Positions 60,481-64,000 of a stretch of 64,000 nucleotides of DNA are shown here, piece after piece. The position numbers and the translations under genes were made by a program. The DNA lies in IMG/VR virus record IMGVR_UViG_2513237141_000003, positions 64,001 through 128,000 of that record; one strand, 5' to 3'. The notes beneath the pieces are model-generated. The model did no database searches. It was not told the origin of the DNA and saw only the letters and a program-made list of their open reading frames with translations. This DNA is from a virus. Its lineage: Duplodnaviria > Heunggongvirae > Uroviricota > Caudoviricetes. Each line of letters starts with the position of its first letter. Position 1 is the stretch's first letter.

Positions 60481-60789
60481 CTCCCGCTTTATGGATAGCA
60501 CCGAGGGCGCAATTGCCGATCCTGCCGCGGATTGAGGGGCGAATTGGGCCCGCTCAGGCGGCGGTCCGGGCCTCTACGTTCGCCACCTCTGCTTTCGCTA
60601 CGGTGTGGACGCCGAAAGTTGAAGATGGATCGGCACGATCCGAACGCGGCAACCAACGTCGAGCCAGCTTGCGGCCTAGTCGATTAAAGCGCGTCCTCGA
60701 TGCAGATGTAGGTGACGGTCGATACCGCTATTGTCACGGCGGTGAGCAGGGCAAAAGTCGCGAGATAGCGGCCGAGCCGCATCGGAAAA

Positions 60790-60878
60790 CGAAGTGGACA
60801 CCGCTTCGCAGTGAAGAAAACGCGCCAAAACAAGAATCTGGAACTTCGGTTCTGATTCAGTCAAAACCGAAGCTCTAC
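60790..60878. repeat. Intergenic palindromic element (Bradyrhizobiaceae-type RIME/MITE-like)
   Basis: CTTCGGTTCTGA-ttcag-TCAAAACCGAAG inverted repeat preceded by GAAGAAAACGCG..AAAACAAGAATC; recognised from memory of such elements. Confidence 0.55.
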
Positions 60879-61276
60879 GATGGGATCAACGCCGAATCGT
60901 CTTGCGTTTGCGGAATGCCCTGCCCGGGAAGAAACAAGGCAATCGGACGAATCTCGTAGACCGCGCCGGGATTGGCGGTTCTGAGTTCGCGCGCGGCGGC
61001 GATGGCTTTGTCCTCGCTGTTGACATCGACGACGTAGAAACCGAGTAGCTGCTCCTTGGTCTCGGAGAACGGGCCGTCGAGCACGATGCCCGCGCCGGGC
61101 CCGCGCAACGTGAGAGCCTTTTGCGTTGCCCCGAGCCGCGCGGCGGGTCCGAGCTTGCTCGTCCGGTTGATGCGAGCATGAGCCTCGTTGAGACCGGCCA
61201 TCACGGCGGCGTCCTCCGCCGGCGTCCAGGACGTTACCTCGGTTTCGACGTGATAGGCGAGAATGGCGTAAAGCAT
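60875..61276 (-). CDS. YciI/DGPF-family protein
   Basis: DGPFSETKEQLLGFYVVD...EIRP. Confidence 0.88.
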   Translation of the reverse strand: MLYAILAYHVETEVTSWTPAEDAAVMAGLNEAHARINRTSKLGPAARLGATQKALTLRGPGAGIVLDGPFSETKEQLLGFYVVDVNSEDKAIAAARELRTANPGAVYEIRPIALFLPGQGIPQTQDDSALIPS

Positions 61277-61540
61277 GAGTTTCCCTTGTTCCGATTGGCC
61301 TGCACACCCTCAAGGACGTTCGGTGCCAGCCTATTCCGACACCGCCACGATCTCGTTCGGGAGGAGGCGCGAAACAATCCTGAAGCACGATCAGAGCCGG
61401 TGCCTCCCGAACGCGGCTCGCGCAGGAGGCGACTGACGCAGCATAACGAAGGCGACACGGAGGCCGGCTATCGACGAGCGTCGAGCCGGGCCGGGCGGTG
61501 ATTCCGGCGGGCGTTTCCCTGGGGTGACCGCGCAAAGTTC

Positions 61541-61572
61541 AAAAAGCGCGGCGGGAAGGTTCCCGCCGCGCT
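61541..61572 (-). terminator. Intrinsic terminator of a short leftward transcript
   Basis: 12-bp stem AGCGCGGCGGGA/TCCCGCCGCGCT followed by a T-run on the - strand. Confidence 0.75.
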
Positions 61573-61633
61573 CCAACTGTTGCAACTCGCTGGTCCAGGC
61601 GCCGAGGCGCCCCGTGCCAGCCGTCATGACGGC

Positions 61634-61678
61634 CTAGCGGGCGACCTCAGCGAGGTGACAGCGCTTGGGATAAGACAC
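61634..61678 (-). CDS. 14-aa sORF (MSYPKRCHLAEVAR) with a maximal Shine-Dalgarno
   Basis: GAAAGGAGGTGATCCA directly before GTG; flanked by a promoter and a terminator. Confidence 0.5.
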   Translation of the reverse strand: MSYPKRCHLAEVAR

Positions 61679-61712
61679 TGGATCACCTCCTTTCCTTGTT
61701 GATGGGACTCCC

Positions 61713-61740
61713 AATATAGGGCTTGGGCGGCCCGGGTCAA
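61713..61740 (-). promoter_or_regulatory. sigma70-like promoter divergent from tRNA-Gly
   Basis: TTGACC-N16-TATATT on the - strand. Confidence 0.6.
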
Positions 61741-61827
61741 AGCGTGTCCTGGCGGTGGAACGGGAGCGAGCGAAGGGCTCAGCCGGTTGAAGCCGCCCGC
61801 CCGGCCGTGCTAGGGGATCGTTGGCGC

Positions 61828-61901
61828 GCGGGTGTAGCTCAATGGTAGAGCAGCAGCCTTCCAAGCTGAATACGAGGGTTCGATTCCCTTCACCCGCTCC
61901 A
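61828..61901 (+). tRNA. tRNA-Gly(TCC)
   Basis: GCGGGTG acceptor stem, CAGC-CT-TCC-AA-GCTG, GGTTCGATTCC, 3' CCA. Confidence 0.96.
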
Positions 61902-61958
61902 ATGTTTTCAATGGTTTATCACGTCCTCCGTTTTCCTTTCGGACAAGGATGCTGGTGC

Positions 61959-62185
61959 TCATTCGGACAAATGTCCGTCTTTCCTTCGCGCCGCGCGCCG
62001 CTTCTTGGCGCCGGTGGCGATCTGTTTCGTGGCCCGCTTCACGTATTTCGGCAGCACCTTGACGATGGTGTGCCTGCTCTGCGCCAAGATCTCGGGTCAG
62101 TCAGCTCGGCGTCGTCAGTTTCGGTTAGGCCCACCATGTCGGAACGAGGCAAAGGATATCTCATCGCGCAAGCCGCCGTTCCTCG
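61959..62185 (-). pseudogene. Decayed tyrosine integrase C-terminus
   Basis: Reads GLRDEISFASFRHG, frameshift, LTETDDAELTD, frameshift, EILAQSRHTIVKVLPKYVKR...GAKKRR*; contains RH, H and Y catalytic-type residues; just downstream of the tRNA 3' end. Confidence 0.7.
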
Positions 62186-62198
62186 ATGGCTCTGACGT

Positions 62199-62265
62199 GA
62201 GTGATTATTTGGAGACCGAAGCCATCCGTCGGCTGGTAGCGATTGGGCTGAAGGTGAAGAAATAA
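62199..62265 (+). pseudogene. Remnant of a ribbon-helix-helix regulator C-terminus
   Basis: ETEAIRRLVAIGLKVKK* with no credible start. Confidence 0.4.
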
Positions 62266-62285
62266 GTCACTTTGGAGAAGTTCAA

Positions 62286-62618
62286 ATGCGCACCTTCATT
62301 TTTGCTTTGGCTGCCATCGTTCCTGCTTTTGCGAGTGATTGGGCCAGAGCCGACGACGTGCCCGAGTTCGATATCGCTCGAAACTGCAAGGCAGAAACGT
62401 CAGATGCGGGCATCGAGGGGCCCGCCCGCTGCACGAGTGACGAAACAGAAGCCAAGAATCAGCTGGCCAAACGCTGGTCTTCCTATAGCGCGTCACAGAA
62501 AAAGGAGTGCGTCGGCGAGAGCGTCATCGGGGGCGATAAGAGCTACGTCGAGCTTTTGACCTGCCTCGAAATGTCGGCCGGCGGCCAATTTAGGTCAGAT
62601 CCAAATCGTCTTCGCTAG
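62286..62618 (+). CDS. Secreted 4-Cys small protein
   Basis: Signal ...SDWARA-DDVPEFDIARNC; C...C...C...YVELLTCLEM. Confidence 0.75.
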   Translation: MRTFIFALAAIVPAFASDWARADDVPEFDIARNCKAETSDAGIEGPARCTSDETEAKNQLAKRWSSYSASQKKECVGESVIGGDKSYVELLTCLEMSAGGQFRSDPNRLR

Positions 62619-62725
62619 GGAGCGGCGTTAACACGCCCGCCAGGCCGCGCCTGCGCGTTATTCTGCAGTGGTCGTGGCAGACGGCGGGCAACAAAAACAC
62701 GCATCAGCGAGCCACTCTGGTGCAG

Positions 62726-62815
62726 CTACCACATCAAAGCCGCGACGCCGAACATAGCCACCCCGATCGCCACCATTGCGGCGAACAGCCACTCAGTCCG
62801 ATCCAAACGAACCAT
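62726..62815 (-). CDS. 29-aa single-TM peptide
   Basis: MVRLDRTEWLFAAMVAIGVAMFGVAALMW, read by hand; GAGAGG upstream. Confidence 0.4.
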   Translation of the reverse strand: MVRLDRTEWLFAAMVAIGVAMFGVAALMW

Positions 62816-63074
62816 GGGCAGCCTCTCGAAAATCGACCCGCCATTGGCGACGGGTCAGTCCAGGGAGGAAGTACCAAAACATAGCGTAATTCCCGGGCTC
62901 GTTGAGTGACACAATTCACACACGCGCTCGCAAACCGCTATTAGTCAACAATGATGTCCGTAGATCGGGACGGTCGCGCTTCAGGCGCAGCGCTCGTCAT
63001 AGCCAGGGCAGCTGGGGATATCCCCTTGCCCTCGCGCCCTAGTTGCGCTTGGATTGTGGCGGGTCTAGGGGGCA

Positions 63075-63467
63075 ATGTTCATGCGTAATCTGGGAATCGT
63101 GGCGCTATGCGCCGCACTGGGCGGCTGCGCGTCGTCCGCGGCTGATATTGCACCGGCATACGTCTCGCCGGTTGCCTACCAATCTTATACCTGTCAGCAA
63201 CTGGCGCTCGAAGCTCAATCGATCTCGACTAGGGCCGCCACACTTTCCGGCGCGCAAGACAGCCAGCGAACCAAGGATGCTTGGGCCACGGGCGCTGCGG
63301 TCGTTATCTTTTGGCCGGCCGCGTTTTTCGTTGGTGGTGATAAGCAGACGGCAGCTGAGCTTGCTCAGATGAAGGGCCAGATGGTTGCCGTCGAGCAAGC
63401 GTCCATCGCGAAGAAGTGCAACATTCAGTTTCAGGGCAAACCAGAAGGTAAGCCTGACGGCACCTGA
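63075..63467 (+). CDS. Lipoprotein
   Basis: Lipobox LGG-C; YVSPVAYQSYTCQQL and IFWPAAFF motifs. Confidence 0.8.
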   Translation: MFMRNLGIVALCAALGGCASSAADIAPAYVSPVAYQSYTCQQLALEAQSISTRAATLSGAQDSQRTKDAWATGAAVVIFWPAAFFVGGDKQTAAELAQMKGQMVAVEQASIAKKCNIQFQGKPEGKPDGT

Positions 63468-63628
63468 GGCTCATCAGCCGGCTGGTCGGGCTCGGGCTCA
63501 AGGCGAAGGGAGACCGCAGATACGCACGAATACCCCAGGATCGTGATCCGCATCACGGTGAAATTGAACCGCTGGCTTATTCTGGGAGGGACATCCTATC
63601 TCCCCCGAGCAAACCAGGAGAACCCGCC

Positions 63629-63784
63629 ATGAGCAGCACGACTGAACCTCGACAGGCACCAGACATCGAACGCGACATTCAGACCCTGCGAGATGACGAG
63701 CTTGACGCGGTTACCGGCGGCTCGTTTGACATAGGAAACATTGTCGGAAGTATTGCCAAAGTTTCGGTGCCTGTACTGCCGTGA
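63629..63784 (+). CDS. 51-aa peptide with a double-glycine leader
   Basis: RBS AGGAGA; ...TLRDDELDAVTGG-SFDIGNIVGSIAKVSVPVLP. Confidence 0.65.
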   Translation: MSSTTEPRQAPDIERDIQTLRDDELDAVTGGSFDIGNIVGSIAKVSVPVLP

Positions 63785-63864
63785 CGATCAGCGCAGCCGC
63801 GAGATTATGCTGATGTCGACGGCGTAGGACTTGGCGATTTCGGCCATGGCCTAGCTAAAGAATA

Positions 63865-63886
63865 AGGCCGCCTCAGTTGGCGGCCT
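63865..63886. repeat. Short palindromic hairpin
   Basis: AGGCCGCC-tcagtt-GGCGGCCT. Confidence 0.45.
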
Positions 63887-64000
63887 CATCCGTTGCGCTC
63901 GTGTCTAACGAGTCGGCCTATCGACACCGCTATCCGAGCCACCAACCAACCCGCCCCGAGGGCCGTACCAGCCGCCTGCGGGGGTGCCCACGGTGCTGCC

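Noticed and set aside
61678-61694. 17-nt identity to the 3' end of 16S rRNA
   Set aside because: No flanking rRNA sequence; better explained as an extended SD on the opposite strand, reported as a finding.

Overview
Positions 1 to ~53,560 are the right-hand ~53 kb of a temperate, contractile-tailed (myovirus-type) prophage in an alphaproteobacterial chromosome. The flanking host genes look Bradyrhizobiaceae-like. The prophage abuts the 3' end of a tRNA-Thr(TGT) gene at 53536-53610; its integrase and replication genes are not in the window. The + strand (1-42.8 kb) is the late operon: terminase, portal, a NUDIX-prohead protease-scaffold fusion, a dNTP diphosphohydrolase, major capsid, neck, sheath, tube, a frameshifted tail chaperone, tape measure, baseplate, tail fibre, and an unusual lysis region (GH19 endolysin, class-3 lipase, a TM-domain/outer-membrane-barrel fusion, a dual-start holin). 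It ends with an ATPase-phosphoesterase-zincin-GNAT block and fibre-like genes. The most striking feature is five fibre/decoration-like proteins that each carry an N-terminal Sec-type signal peptide and an even number of mostly locally paired cysteines. This suggests virion appendages that are exported and folded oxidatively outside the cytoplasm. Other notable items are three covarying hairpins with an identical GGGGAC loop just upstream of the capsid gene, and short C-terminal peptide motifs shared between structural proteins. The - strand (42.8-53.4 kb) carries a methyltransferase moron and an early operon with an RNA-repair/nucleotide-conflict cluster (RtcB, pol-beta nucleotidyltransferase, HD hydrolase). 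Host DNA (53.6-64 kb) contains a nickel-transporter-like gene, rlmB, tRNA-Tyr followed by a small SLOG/epimerase/acyltransferase island, yciI, a short transcript with a perfect anti-SD complement, tRNA-Gly followed by a decayed integrase, and a double-glycine-leader peptide. All family assignments come from motif recognition by eye, not database searches.
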